From NCBI GenBank assembly GCA_050084985.1, contig JBITNC010000001.1, positions 74,214,001-74,278,000 of the forward strand: 64,000 nt of DNA. The letters are read 5' to 3'. Positions 13,175 through 27,000 of this stretch are shown one piece after another. Each line of letters opens with the position of its first letter. Position 1 is the first letter of the stretch. Source of the DNA: Nageia nagi (taxonomy: Eukaryota > Plantae > Pinophyta). The position numbers were made by a program, and so were the translations under genes. Under the pieces are notes generated by a model. The model searched no databases. It had not been told where the DNA came from and saw only the letters and a program-made list of their open reading frames with translations.

Positions 13175-13851
13175 TTCTACTTCGGAAATGTACGCTATTG
13201 TTTGTAATTCCATTTTAAGGTCGATTTGTGTATTCTTCCCACATCATTGTATTATTTCCCTAAGCATTCCAAATGGAAACAAATAAGAGCAACTCCGAAA
13301 AAGAGTCAATAATAACAAGAATAAGGAGCTTCCTTTGAAAAATAATTCATGTATATGAGAGGATAAAGGATGTGTAACAGGGTGAGTACAGAGAGAATGA
13401 CTAGGTTTTCAAGATGACAATTAAATCTGAAAAGTATAGCAAGCGAATATGGAGTTTGACCACTCCACTGGAGATCGTCACGAAACCTGGCATGTCATTA
13501 AAGAAAGGACATAATATAGTGGGTGTAAGGATGGAGGTGTATAATACAAGCAATTTAAGGGCACCTCCACTCCATGATTAGCTTTCCATACTAAAGTATA
13601 AATGAAATGATATAAATGGAACCCATCAGCTAGTATCGTTTATTCAATCACAATAATATATAAAGATAAATCCAAATATTACTATGCCATTCACATGTGA
13701 TAATTGATTTCAAGATTTTAAAGACATAAGTAATAATATGTCACTTATAATAAGAAATAAGAATGAATTATAGCAAATAAATGTTATAATTAAAGGAACA
13801 CCTAATAATCATGGTTGAAGAGGAAATTGGAACTCTTTGACCAATGTGAAT

Positions 13852-14260
13852 TGTTACGTTGTTACAAATATAAAAAGAGAAATATTACAAAAATGAAACT
13901 AATATTGATTTGAAATAAGAAAATGAAAACTATCTATTGGAAATAACAGAGCATTCGTTGGTAAATAGAACACAAAATAGCATCAATAAGCAGATAAGGA
14001 TAGGTTTTTACTGAATAATAACAAAATCATAGGCCGCTTCGAGGGGCTACCTCCTTACAACTCCAAAGGCGAAAAATAATGTTCAAGATGCATTTCTCCA
14101 CACACTTCTATCTATTTATATTAAACTAACCCTAACCCTAATAATAATGTAAAAACGGACCTTGTCCTTACAATTACAATATTACAATTTATAATATAGG
14201 TTGATAATTTAATAAAATACTAATACTAACACTAAAATGTTAGGATGTGGGATTCTTACA
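13852..14260 (-). repeat. 3' LTR of the chromovirus
   Basis: Aligns with 20060-20469; about 8 differences in the first 60 bp. Confidence 0.93.
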
Positions 14261-16611
14261 TGCCACCTCTCTTGAATGAAGCTTTGTCCTCAAAGCTTGA
14301 AGTGTAGAAACTGTTGCTGTAGTTGATAAAGGATTTCCCATGTTGCATCTTCTGGTGCCATGCCTTGCCATTGCATAAGGACTTCTATGATGAAGTGATT
14401 ATGAAAATATTTTGAATGTTGATCTAGAACTGTGTTAGGTACAACTATTATTAATCCATCCCCCACCAACTTAGGTAATTGTGTCTGAACTCAAACCTCT
14501 GATCTAACCACTTTCTTGAGGTAAGAGACATGAAACACTAGGTGAATCTTGGAAGAAGTAGGAAGCTCTAATTTGTATGCAACTGGGCTAATACGGTGTA
14601 ACACCTTGTAAGGACCATAAAACTTTGGGGCCAATTTTTTAGGGCCTTTTATTTTTAAGGATTTCTAGCGATAAGGTTGCAGCTCAAAAAGATCATGTCA
14701 TCTACCTGAAACTCTCTCTCCACATGTTACTGATCAACCTGTTGTTTCATACAATGTTGGTCTATCTAAAGGTTATCCTTGAGCAAATGAAGAATATCAT
14801 CCCAAGTAATTAAAACTAAGTTAACTACCTAAACTTTATTGGTACCTACAACATATAAGGTGACTATTGGTGGAGCTTGACCATACAATACTTCATAAGG
14901 GGTCATCTTGCTGGCAAAATGATAAGATGTGTTATACCACCATTCAGCTAAAGGAAGCCATCATACCCAATGCATAGGTTGTGCTAAAGCAAAATAATGT
15001 AAATATGTTTCCAAGCATTTGTTGACAATTTCAATTTGACCATCAATTTGTGGGTGATATGCTAAGCTCATGTTTAGTTGGGTACCTTGCTGTTTAAAAA
15101 GCTCTTGCCAAAAATGACTTGTAAAAGTGGGATCACGATCACTGACAATCACTTTGGCATGCCATGTAGTTTAAAAATTGTATCTACGAATAATTGTGCC
15201 ACTATCACCGCTTTTTAGGGATGAGCTAATGAACCAAAATGAGAATATTTGGATAACCAATCAACCATCACTAGAATAATTAATTTACCATGAGATTTAG
15301 GAAGGCCTTTAATGAAATCCATTGAGATATTGATCTATGTATGAGTAGGTATGGGAAGAGGTTGAAGGAGTCTCGGAGTACTCACTATCTCACCCTTTTA
15401 TCATTGAGACACATCACAAGCTACCACAAATTGCTTAATATCCAATTTCATACTTATCCAATAGAACGATCATGCCTCTCACTTATAAGTTTTTAAAAAT
15501 CTTTCATGTACTAATGTAGGTGTGGAATGCAATTCAGCAAGTATTTTTGATTTACATTTTGAAGGAGATGGTAACAAAATTCAACCTTTGAATCTCAAAA
15601 TACCATCATGCCATATGTGGTGTGGTTTACTCATATGGTCTTGAGTGATCTATTTTAGCAATTCTTGGGTGGAGCTATCCTCTACCCACTCTTGTTTAAT
15701 TTTATCCAACCATTGAGGAATAGGAGATGAAAGAGCTTGCAGTACTACTTGATATTCATATTTTTTGGACAAAACATTAGCAATCACATTCTCCTTACCT
15801 TTACGATGTACTATCTCATAATCATACCCTAGTAGCTTGGTCACCCATTTTTATTGCTCAAGCATAGAAATGCTTTATTAAATGAAAAATTCAAATTGTG
15901 ATGATTTGTGAGAATGATGAAATGGTAACCAATGAGATATGGTCCTTAATGTTTAACTATATGAATGATGGTAAGTATTTCTTTTTCATAAGTGGATTTA
16001 CCCAAATTTTTTCTAGAGTACTCTACTAATGAATGCCAAGGGATGCCCCTCCTACATTAATACTACCCTGATTCCTACTCCATAAGCATCACTTTCTATC
16101 ACAAAGGTTTTAGAAAAATTTAGCATTACTAATATCGGGTGGTACACATCATCTCCTTGAGCTTAAAGAAAGTTGTCTCAACTTGAGGGGACCATTGGAA
16201 TGCATTCCTTTTCAACAACATGGTTATAGGTGCTACAATTTTACCATAATCCTTCACAAATTTCATATAATAGCCTATCAACCCTAAGAATCCTCAAAGA
16301 CTTTTCAAATACGTAAGAATAGACCAATTCTACATGTTAGTAATCTTTTGTGGATCCATCTTAAGTCCATCTTTAGATATAACATGCCCTAGGTAGTCAA
16401 TTTCCCTCTTATTGAATGAACATTTTGATTTTTTTGCATATAGCTAGTGTTCCTTCAAAATTTGTAAGGTTTGGTCAACATGTGCCACATGTTCTTGCCA
16501 TGTCTTACTATAGATCAATATATCATCAAAGAAAACTAAAATGAACTTCCTGAAAAATGGATGAAACATCTGATTCATTAAACTTTGAAACATGGATGGA
16601 GCATTTGTGAG

Positions 16612-17592
16612 GCCTCATGGGTGCAAAATATAATTTTTGGTATATCCTTCTCCTTGAGGTGGATTTGGTGATATCTAGATCATAGGTCTAGCTTGGAAAA
16701 ATATCTTTCGCCATGTAGTTCATGTAATAATTCATCAATAATCGGGATGGAAAATTTGTCTTTGATGGTAATCTTGTTGAGAGCCCTAAAATCCACACAC
16801 ATATGCCAAGAAGCATCTTTCTTATGACCCAATATAATTGGAAAAGAATATGGGCTTATGTTAGGTTGGATTTCTCCTATATCCAATAGTTCTTTAACCA
16901 ATTTTTCCATTTCATTTTTCAAAAGGCATGACCAAGAACTCATAATGGCCCTCATGGGTGCAAAATGCAATTTTTGGTATATCCTTCTCCTTGAGGTGGA
17001 TTTGGTGATACCCAGATCATAGGTCTAGCTTGGAAAAATATCTTGCCCCATGTAGTTCATCTATTAATTCATCAATGATTGAGATGGGAAATTTGTCCTT
17101 GATGGTTATTTTTTTGAGAGCCATGAAATCCACACACATATGCCAAGAAGCATCTTTCTTATGACCCAATATAATTGGAGAAGAATATGGGCTTATGCTA
17201 GGTTGGATTACTCCTACATCCAATAGTTCTTTAACCAATTTTTCCATTTCATTTTCCAAAAGGCATGACCAGGAACTCATAATGGCCCTCATGGGTGCAC
17301 AATGCAATTTTTGGTATATCCTCCTCCTTGAGGTGGATTTGGTGATACCCAGATCATAGGTCTAGCTTGGAAAAATATCTTACCCCATGTAGTTCATCTA
17401 TTAATTCATCAATGATAGAGATGGGAAATTTGTCCTTGATGGTAATTTTGTTGAGAGGCCTAAAATCCACACACATGCGCTAGGAAACATCTTTCTTATG
17501 ACACAATATAATTGGAGAAGAATATGGGCTTACGCTAGGTCAAATTACTCATACATCTAATAGTTCCTTAACCAATATTTCCATTTCATTTT
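16612..17592 (-). repeat. Tandem triplication (337-bp period) of the RT N-terminus
   Basis: cctcatgggtgca recurs at ~16613, 16950 and 17287. ORFs 16680..16970 and 17017..17307 are near-identical. Confidence 0.95.
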
Positions 17593-20059
17593 TTTGTAAA
17601 TAAAGATACTGATAATGATGAATGTTTGTGGGTGACTTCTTGGCACCAATTGGATAGCATGATCATGTGATCATTGGGTGGTATGCCCATTAGTTTCTCA
17701 AAGTTACTTGAATGCTTACTTAAGATAGGATGTAGATCCTTAGGCTCTATGATTTTAGATTTGGTGATTGATAAAGAGTATAACTATGCTAGCATCCCTT
17801 TTCTAATTTTTTGTAGGATTTTTTCCATCTGATGTGAGCTCACAACTTGCATATATCCACCCTATAATCCCTTGAGAGTATGCTCTTATTCATATATTTT
17901 GAAGGTCATCCATAGCTCTGCAAAATTCCACTATATGATGCTTAAAGACCCTAGCCATTATACCCCCAAAACTATATCACATCCTCCAAGTGGTAAAGCA
18001 TACATGTCGCTTTTCAAAGTATAGTGGTCCATGATCAGTTTGACATTATGACCTATGCCTTTAGATGCTATTTTTTCCTCCATTACCAATGATAACCTCA
18101 AAATTATTTATAGGGTGGATGTAATAGTGAGCAACCTTAGCCACTAATGGATCAATGAAATTATGAGTACTTCCCAAATCCAATAATATTATGAGAGGAC
18201 ACTTATTAAAAAATCCTTTGACCTTCATAGTTTGAGGGGCGGTAATTTCTACCAATGCATTGTAAGAGATAACCGAGGCCTCCTCATTTAGAATTTCTTT
18301 TTTAACCTCTTCGGGTGTACTCTCATATTCCTCTTCACTAAGAGCATCAATATCAAGCAAATATAACTTTTGTTGTGTTCAACGATGACCATGATCAAAT
18401 TTCTCATCACAATTATAGCATAAGCCCTTCTTTTGATGCTCTTTCATTTCCTCCCACGTCAACCTTTTAGTTTGCATTGTGTGATTCAATGGTGGGGCAC
18501 TTATGTTACTAGAGGAATGGAAAATATTATGTATTTTGGTGAATGGAGGTCTTGCATTTCATCAATAAGCACTAGATTTATCTTCAATGAGCTTTGCCAA
18601 GGCAATAGCATCCATCATAGTTTTGAGATTAAATATTTTGACCTCTAGTTTAATTTCATCCTTTAAGCCACTGATAAAACAATTTGTGAAAAATGCATTT
18701 TCCAACCCCTCATGGTGATTTGCCAATTTCTCAAACTAATTTTGGTATTCTTTATCTATTTTAGTTTGACATAACTTGGTCAATGCCCTTGTGAAATCTT
18801 CATAGTCACTAGGACCAAAATGGATTTTGAGTACCACTAGTGCCATTGGAGAACCTCACAATCCAAATGAAAAGATGCCATGTGCACCTTAAAATCCTTT
18901 AGGATTTGGTTCAATGTGAATTACTATCTAGCTTTATAAATTTAGCTAGTGGGATTATCTCCATCAAATTGAGGAAAATCTAATTTGGTTGTGTGAAGAA
19001 GAATGAAACCACTTTGTTGGTTCTGAAAGTTATGATGATACCCTTGTGGGTTTCCTAACTACCCTGCTTGCTGTGAAGTGGATGCATTATTGGTATGATT
19101 GAGACTTAGTTAAACACTATCACATTTACTATCAAGGGTTTATATTTATGTCTATATTTATCAAATTTTTGCTCTAAATATACTAGTAAGTGTATCTACC
19201 ATTTGTTGAATCATAGTTTGAAATGTCATCATTGTAGGATTAGCTTGTGCTACTATTTGAGATCTTATTTTAGATGCCATTTCTAAAAATTGCTATTTCT
19301 AAAGATAATATTTCTAGATATTTCTATTTTTAGAAAGTGCCCAAAAATGTGTATAGGTGTAATATATAAAAATAATCAGCTCGAAAAGATGATCACAATG
19401 GATCGGGTCTCCTAATGATATTTTTTAGACCCTTAGACTTTTTTTATTATTTTTACATCTATGGATCTGTCTACTTTTGTTAAAAACTATCAAAATAATA
19501 TAGATTTTTTGTTATTTAGCTATGAATTTTTTGTTACCTTTGAACTGCTATTTTGGTAGCTTTGAAAAACTACATGTCGTACATTTTGCTTCCTGAATCA
19601 AGGTTTTTTGTGTGAAGGAATGATTCTAGGGTAAGGATTATCTACTCTATAAGCTTGTCTAAATACCCCTCCTATCCAACTTTCATGAGGAAAGAGGCCA
19701 TAGAGATGGCTTCTATGACAAGTAACTTTCCGATAGCACTTGTTGGTGCACTACAGTTTACAGATGGTTGACACAGCTTCCTACCTAGTCTTTTTTTATA
19801 ACCTAGATAGTCTTCGATATACTTTTTAGTACATGGAGTCCAATTTTTTGTAGGCTTCTGTCTGAGGCTTGGGTATTGGTGTAGAGCTTTTTGCACCTCA
19901 CTTTATACATATTTTTATGGGCAAGTGTGCTTAGCCAAAAATGATAGATCTTCTTGGATATTTTAAAACCCTCAATATAGGGTTTCTAGCTTAGACCTTT
20001 AAGATTTTTATTTTATTTTCCTGCAGTAGAATGGCCTTGGAAAGAGCTCTAATACTAGA

Positions 20060-20469
20060 TGTTACATTGCTACAAATATGAAAAGGGAAATATTGCATAA
20101 ATGAAATGAATATTGATTTCAAATAGGACAATAAAAATTATCTATTAGAAATAATAGAGCATGCACTGGTAAATAGAATATAAAATAGAATCAATAAGCA
20201 GATAAGTATAGGATTTTACTAAATAGTAATAGAATAATAGGCCACATCAAGGGGGCTACCTCCTTACAACTCTAAAGGTGAAAATTAATGTTTAAGATGC
20301 ATTTCTCCACACATTTTTATCTATTTATATTAAACTAACCCTAACCTTAATAGTAATGCAAAATTAGGCCCTACCCTTATAATCATAATATTATGATATA
20401 CAATATAGGCTGATAATTTGATAAAATACTAAGACTAACACTTAAATGTTAGGATATGAGATCCTAACA
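20060..20469 (-). repeat. 5' LTR of the chromovirus
   Basis: Aligns with 13852-14260; adjacent to the PBS. Confidence 0.93.
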
Positions 20470-20679
20470 TGAACCAAGAGCCTCTTTGTTTTTTCTTGAG
20501 ATGTTCCCCCTTCTTCAAGGTCCTTAAGTATTTATAGAGAAATATTGGTATAACACTTTTATTTTTTTTTTATATTGATCCACCTCCAATTTTTTTCCCA
20601 TGGAGGGGGGAACATAGAGGCTTTTTATTTTATGGTTGGGTTTGACTAATTTTGTAAGTCAAAAGATCCATATAGTCCT

Positions 20680-20865
20680 ATAAATTATTTTGCACACCTC
20701 ATGCTAGGTACCAAAATGTATAGAAATATTTTATCAATTATTTTGCACACCTAATACAAAATATCAAAATGTATGGAGATTATCCCTTTATTATTTTACA
20801 CACTTAATGGAAAATACCAAAATAGTCCCTCACATAATGGAAAATACCAAACTAGTCCCTCATCC
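20680..20865. repeat. Short tandem repeats (~54 bp x3, then ~29 bp x2)
   Basis: ttatttt(g/a)cacac three times; taatggaaaataccaaa(a/c)tagtccctca twice. Confidence 0.7.
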
Positions 20866-23091
20866 CTTGATAAATTTATTTTCATCTAACCTTAAATTTT
20901 TTTGGTTTTTAAAATAAAATTCTTTAGTGAGAAATTTAAATTTAAATATCTAGAATATTTCCTTCCAATATTCAAAATAGTTAATTAATTTTCCCAAGCA
21001 AATTTAGAAATGCATATCAAATATTTTAGCATACAAGTTTACTTTTAGAGATGACCCATCTTACAAGGTAAATTTTGTTAGTACACACATGAAAATCATA
21101 CACATCATAGGGATCATGTCTCTCGCATAATAATTATGATATGCATCTATATGATTTACAAAGGTCCCTATGTGCTGTCAGCAAATCAACATCAATCATT
21201 TCCTCACACTTGCCAATCTATTCCTATAACTAAATCATCTTTCATTCTCTTGGGTCTCCACATGACTTCTATGCTAAGTCCACCTATAACCTCTATCACA
21301 ACAATCTCTAAGCTAGCATCAACCTGATACAAATATCATATATATAAATATCCATTCATACCACATAGATTACCTCAAATTGAATTCTAATTCATCAAGG
21401 TTATCTGAGTCACAACAAGAGTCATTGGGTGGGTCATTATAGTCTACCTTTTTGCCCAAACATATTCAAAATGAGGTATTTTTTTACCCAATGAAGTAAA
21501 GAAATACCCCATGAAGTAAAAAAATCATGCTCCCAAGTGATGCCTCTACCTTAGGTACCCCATTCATGTGTGTATCAAGATTCAAATGTGAATGATCCTT
21601 CTCTCCATCTAAGCTAAATTGAATCTAGTGCACCTATCTTTTGCCTTAGCAATGGTGTCCTACCTCCCATGTCTTCTTGTAGTTGAAACATTTTCCTTCT
21701 TCTCTTAATTTCCTCTTAGTAGCTATGTCTAACTAGCCTATTCAAAGAGGGAAAAAGGGTTTAAACTTGGTAGGCCCTTATTTCTCTACAACTAACATTC
21801 AAGTGGCCTACCCCATGTACATATGCCCTCCCTTGAAGGATATCATGGTTTTCTCCAAGTTATAAGTGACCCTAATTACATCATCAAAGGTTTATGAAAT
21901 TGATACCTTCACCATTCCTTGTAATGTTTCCATCAACCTTTATATAAATAGGAAGGACAATCTATCCTCAAAGATGTTATGGATCATGATTACAATTTTT
22001 AAAATTCTAAAATATATTCATCCTTTCTACCTTGTTTCTTCAAAGATGTTAACTCTTTAAAATAGTCATTTTCCCTCTTTCTATCAAATTGCTTTACTAG
22101 CCTTCAAGAAAATTCATCAAAAGAGGAAATATGAGAGTAATATTGATTGACTACTCAATGTTGCCACTAGTCTAGGGCATCTTCTTCAAAATGCAATGAT
22201 GCAAAATGAATTGCATAATCCTCCAACATGTTTGGACTTAGAGTGAATTATATCTATAGCTGATGGAACCAAGCCCTAGCTTCCATTTTCATGCCATCAC
22301 ACATGGGCACCTATATTTTGTTGATGTTTTGTTGCAACTCTCTCCTATCACCCCACAAATTTCTTTGGGAGTGGGTGGCATGAGAGCTATTTTTCTTTAA
22401 CCCTATGACATGGGCTAGATAGCCATAGAATTTCATATCCCTCCCTCCTTAATCCTAGATCTAACATGGGATACTCCCTAAAGATCTAATTCAATTCAAG
22501 AATATTTGGTATTTGGTTCTTTACTTCATTAGTAGAATTTTTGGATAACATGGGTTTGGATGATTTGGGAATGATGGGATGCTCCCCTATCTTCACATTG
22601 TCCCCTTTCTGAAACCTCTCTAGGAGAGGGTTAGTTCTCTACGTGGCACTATGAGTATAGGACCTCATAAATGCATGTTCTTGATGACTCATGGATCCAT
22701 GATGAGTGGACTCTCTATCTCTCAATGTATGTGATATCCTCAAACTCGGCTCCTTCTCTATGCTATCCTCCTCCGTCAATTCTTCTTCTTCATCTAGAGT
22801 GGGATGTGGAGGGCTCATATACATTTTGAAGTTTCTTGGATTCCAACAAATTTATTGATGGTGGTCACTTGATTCTACATTATACTCATCATATTATGTA
22901 TGGCCAAAATAAGTTCATTGAACTTCCTCTCTGATGTGGATTCTCTAGCTAAGGTAGAGCTTCTTCTTCTAGCCAATGGTGATTTTACTCTTTTTGCCTC
23001 ATTCTCTTTACCATAAGTTTCCATATATGGTACATCATCTATCGAGAATATATGATTCTCATCCTAAGTGGTTTTGGCTAGGGTTTCATCA

Positions 23092-24015
23092 TGTTACATC
23101 CCCTAATTTCCACTCTTCTTAGCTTAATATATTTCTCTCCTAGTGCTAGATCTAATATAGCAATTATAAACTATCAATATCACTGCAAGATTCCAAATAT
23201 AATCTCAAGTGTAAATAAGCCAATTAACTATCAATTATAAGACAATATACACCCATTTTTGTATTAGAGCATCAAAATAAAGCATAAATAAGATTAAAAT
23301 ATAAACATCTCATATATACAAGCATGAATGCACCAAAATAGCCCAATGTTGAAAGCATCAAAGTATACACATAAAACATAGAGTCAAATATTAAGCTCTA
23401 AGATTTCCATAGTTGTATTAATGATGGGATATGGAAACTAATACAATGCCTAGTCCAAAGGGATCAACATTGGCCTCTAAGGATCCATCTAGGACATACA
23501 AATATGTAAATGTAATCGCTACTAGAATAAAGGATGGGATAACCATACTCCTTTAAGCCTAGATGCTCTACTGGAGAAATTCCATGCTTGAAAATTATTG
23601 AAGGTATAAGTGCAACCACAAAATACCATTGAATGGAATAATATGTTATATCTTAGCCATAGAATAGTAAGATCCCTCAGCTTGCTAACCCTCCTAAATG
23701 TTGCACCTAGGGAAGATTGCTTGACACTATGACAAGAATTATGTCTATTGTATGGTAGAAGAAATATTATCAAATTAGGTATGTCCATGCAATGATGCTC
23801 TAATGCATAATATAGGTCAACCTTAGATCTAAAACATTACCTTGAAATCATCCATGCCTCCCTATCCAATGTTAGACTTCCAAGATCCCTCAAATTCCAT
23901 AAACACATAATAAATGCTCATTTGTGGGATTTAAGGCCTCCTTAAGGTGTGAAATGAGTCTCCATAGGTGATGGCATGACACCAAGTACAATATTGGGAT
24001 ATTATAAGTCCCTCC
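23092..24015 (-). mobile_element. Probable nested LTR remnant
   Basis: Starts tgttacatccc, ends gggatattat(a), followed by agtccctcc (PPT-like on the minus strand). No partner LTR seen. Confidence 0.35.
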
Positions 24016-27000
24016 ATATCATGTGTTCGGTTTCCAAAAGTCATACATGTGCCTAGATCTTATTTTCATGTCCATAAATGGCCTTAGGATTCCTACAATC
24101 AATTCTCAGGATATCCAAGTACATAAAACAACACTAAATCATGCTATCCTATGATTGGGAGGATCATATCCCACTTTTAGCTCTAGTGGGGTCCAACAGA
24201 CCTTTATAATTTCTATCCCAAGTACTAGCATCCAATGCATAAATAAATATTTACAAAGCAAAATTTGTGGGATTCCATACTTAATTATATTTCATAAAAG
24301 AGGATGTTATAAATTAGCTACACCATAGCCACCCAAGGCCAATCCACTTTTATAACCCTAGATACAAGAAATACCTATGCTAAATAATATAGATAAGGGT
24401 AATCAATAGGATGCTTATAGGCCTAGGCAACCTTGATAGCAAGGGCCATGTAAACCTTAGACTCCTTTGGTTTAGCCTATTAAGGATGTATTGAAGAAAC
24501 TTTTAGAGAAACTAACTTGGTACAAGGATAAAAAGTATTGTGTTTATCATCAAAAAGGGGACATGAAATAAATAAATCCAATCAATTCGGAAACATTATC
24601 CAAAGGTTGATAGATAATGGAAAAGTACCTATGGGAAACCTAATGGTTCAACCTAATAGAAACTTGGGTATTTTCCAAGATCCATTACCTAAGCACAATA
24701 ACAACATCAGTCATATTTATTTAGAGGAAACTCAATAAATAGTACATGACTATAACCCTAGGTAAAGAATAATGAATTTGTGGGTTTCAATAATATAGAG
24801 TTAGATTTTCCCATTGTGGGAGGTATTAGTATCATCCCAGACTATGAGTTTATGGGAGTCATGAAACCACCTCTAGTATTTTAAATAGCAAAGTTCCATG
24901 ATAGCCACATGATCAATGTAATAATATAAAAAGGTAGAGGTCATTATAGAGTATCCCTTTTCCTTTTACAAAGGCACAAATTCAACAACCTTTACCTTAT
25001 ACTAGGGTACAAATTTAGGCATAAGCTTTAAAGGAACTAGTGATTATATAGAATTAGTTGGAGCAACAACTTAGGAACACTAAAATAAAGCTTTCCTTAT
25101 GGGACTTATTACAATAATATCCTAAACATAATAATGCTTTGAAAAACATCATCAAGATAATTGAGTTAGATGATGATAACCCAAATTCTTTTGGAGATTT
25201 TATAAGTGTTTTCTAGATTCATACTATATAATGGGTCACTTTCTATCAAGATGAGATTCAACATATTATGTTAGATAAGCTAAGGAACCCAACCTTATAC
25301 ATTACAACTTATGTATATCCTCATCCATCAAAGAGAGGGCTTGTAGAAAATGGGTTGACAATCAATGTTATATTATCCATAGTACTTAAGAGATTGAAGG
25401 TTCGTATCAAATTTTTGAATATTACCACTCTTACTGTTAGGGATTTTAGTAACTTTTTCTCTATAAGTATGGACATATTCATTCTTCTAGTTAGAGTTGG
25501 ATTTAGAGAAATAGAAGATACTTATCATGTGGTCAAAGGTGAGATATATTATAACTTGCTTTTGGATCAACTATGGATAAAGGATATGGATTCAATTCAA
25601 TATACCTTACACAAATGTTTGAAATACCTACATATAATAACCATGCATTATATTATAGGAAATACAAATCTCTTTAGCCATTGTAACTCCTCTTTCTCTC
25701 CTAAGTTCCCTCACATTCCATGTGGGAGACATTTTATAGTATCCATTCTTATGAATCATCATCCTCATACTAAGTATTCAAGTTCAAAAGAACTCCAATC
25801 TTTGACTCTTTTTCCAATTCAATCAACCTATTTTTCTCAATCATCTTCTTTAGATCCATTTGGTGTGGATTCCCTTCTACAAAAAAATGATAAATCTCTT
25901 GAGGATTATGCATGTGCTTCTTCTAGTTGTCAGACCTCTTCCACACCCATCTATGTGAATCATTAGCCATTTTGCCATCAAGTTCCTCCACCTGCTTAGT
26001 CTCAATCATCTTCATCATACCTTACAACTTTTCAACCTTATCATTTCACCATTGTATGATCTCATTAAGTATGAATGTCTCAAAAAGAAGGATATTGCAT
26101 AAATGATATTCTTTTTAATATACCCTAATCAAGAGATTTGGAGTGACCTCAAGAATCCTTACTTGCTCTCAGCTTTTTTATCCCACTAGGCTCTTGTCCC
26201 AACCAATATTTCTTCATTTATGTGGATGAAAACTTACCCTAGGACATTCCCATTAAGCATCATCTTAAAGAGAAATTTTATGCTAGAATTGAATATTTTT
26301 GTGTCTTGACTTAGTGTGTAATCTCTTAGCTAAATGAAAATGGTAGGGATATGGATTAGGAAAATTCAAGCAGGGACAATTTCATGCTTTTATTATTCCT
26401 TTCCAATCCAACCAAAATAAATGTGTTATAGGGTTTTGTGGACCTAAGATTAAACTTATATAAGAATAATTTACATATCTTAATCTTCTACAAGAAGAGG
26501 TGCAACATAATGGCAATTATAGTATTGATTTGTATTTTTGCCTGTCTAGTCCTCATGCCTTTGAGTATTCCATCTTGAATGATTTCTTTTATGAGCTTTC
26601 ATGTGACCTTACCTTTGATGTTTTGATGGTTTTTCTTCATGGTTCATTTCCCTTTATCCTTATTATGGATTGTAACTTACAAAATTCTATCAATCCTTTA
26701 TCCATAGAATTCTCTTCTCATTTTTCAATTCCTTCTCTTAATTTAAGTGATGCATCTCTTTCTTTTGATTATCTTGATGAAGCCAAATTGTCAATTTTAG
26801 CTTCCTTCATCAATATTCTAGACAAATATTACTTTATGTACCTACCCATTTTTAAATAGTTATAAGATGGATGTTATATGTAATTGGATAATTCAGTTAA
26901 GATAGATATCATTGAGGACCACACAAATCTAAAGATAGTCTACTTGGGGGATGTGTTAGATTATGTAGTAAGAGAAGAAGCCAAAACAATACTAAAGAGG

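Larger units (their letters stand above)
13852..20469 (-). mobile_element. Full-length degenerate Ty3/Gypsy chromovirus
   Basis: LTRs at 13852-14260 and 20060-20469 (TG...CA); TSD tgaat/tgaac; decayed iMet PBS ~20044-20057; PPT ~14261-14274. Domains: gag, CYNC zinc knuckle (~18410), LLDLGSTHNFI protease, RT (CVDFRALN, VFFDDILIY), RNase H, integrase (VSDRDPTFTSHFW), chromodomain (WQGMAPEDATWE). Confidence 0.95.

Noticed and set aside
14127-14140. Telomere-like taaccctaacccta
   Set aside because: Only two units, inside the LTR and echoed in the other LTR.
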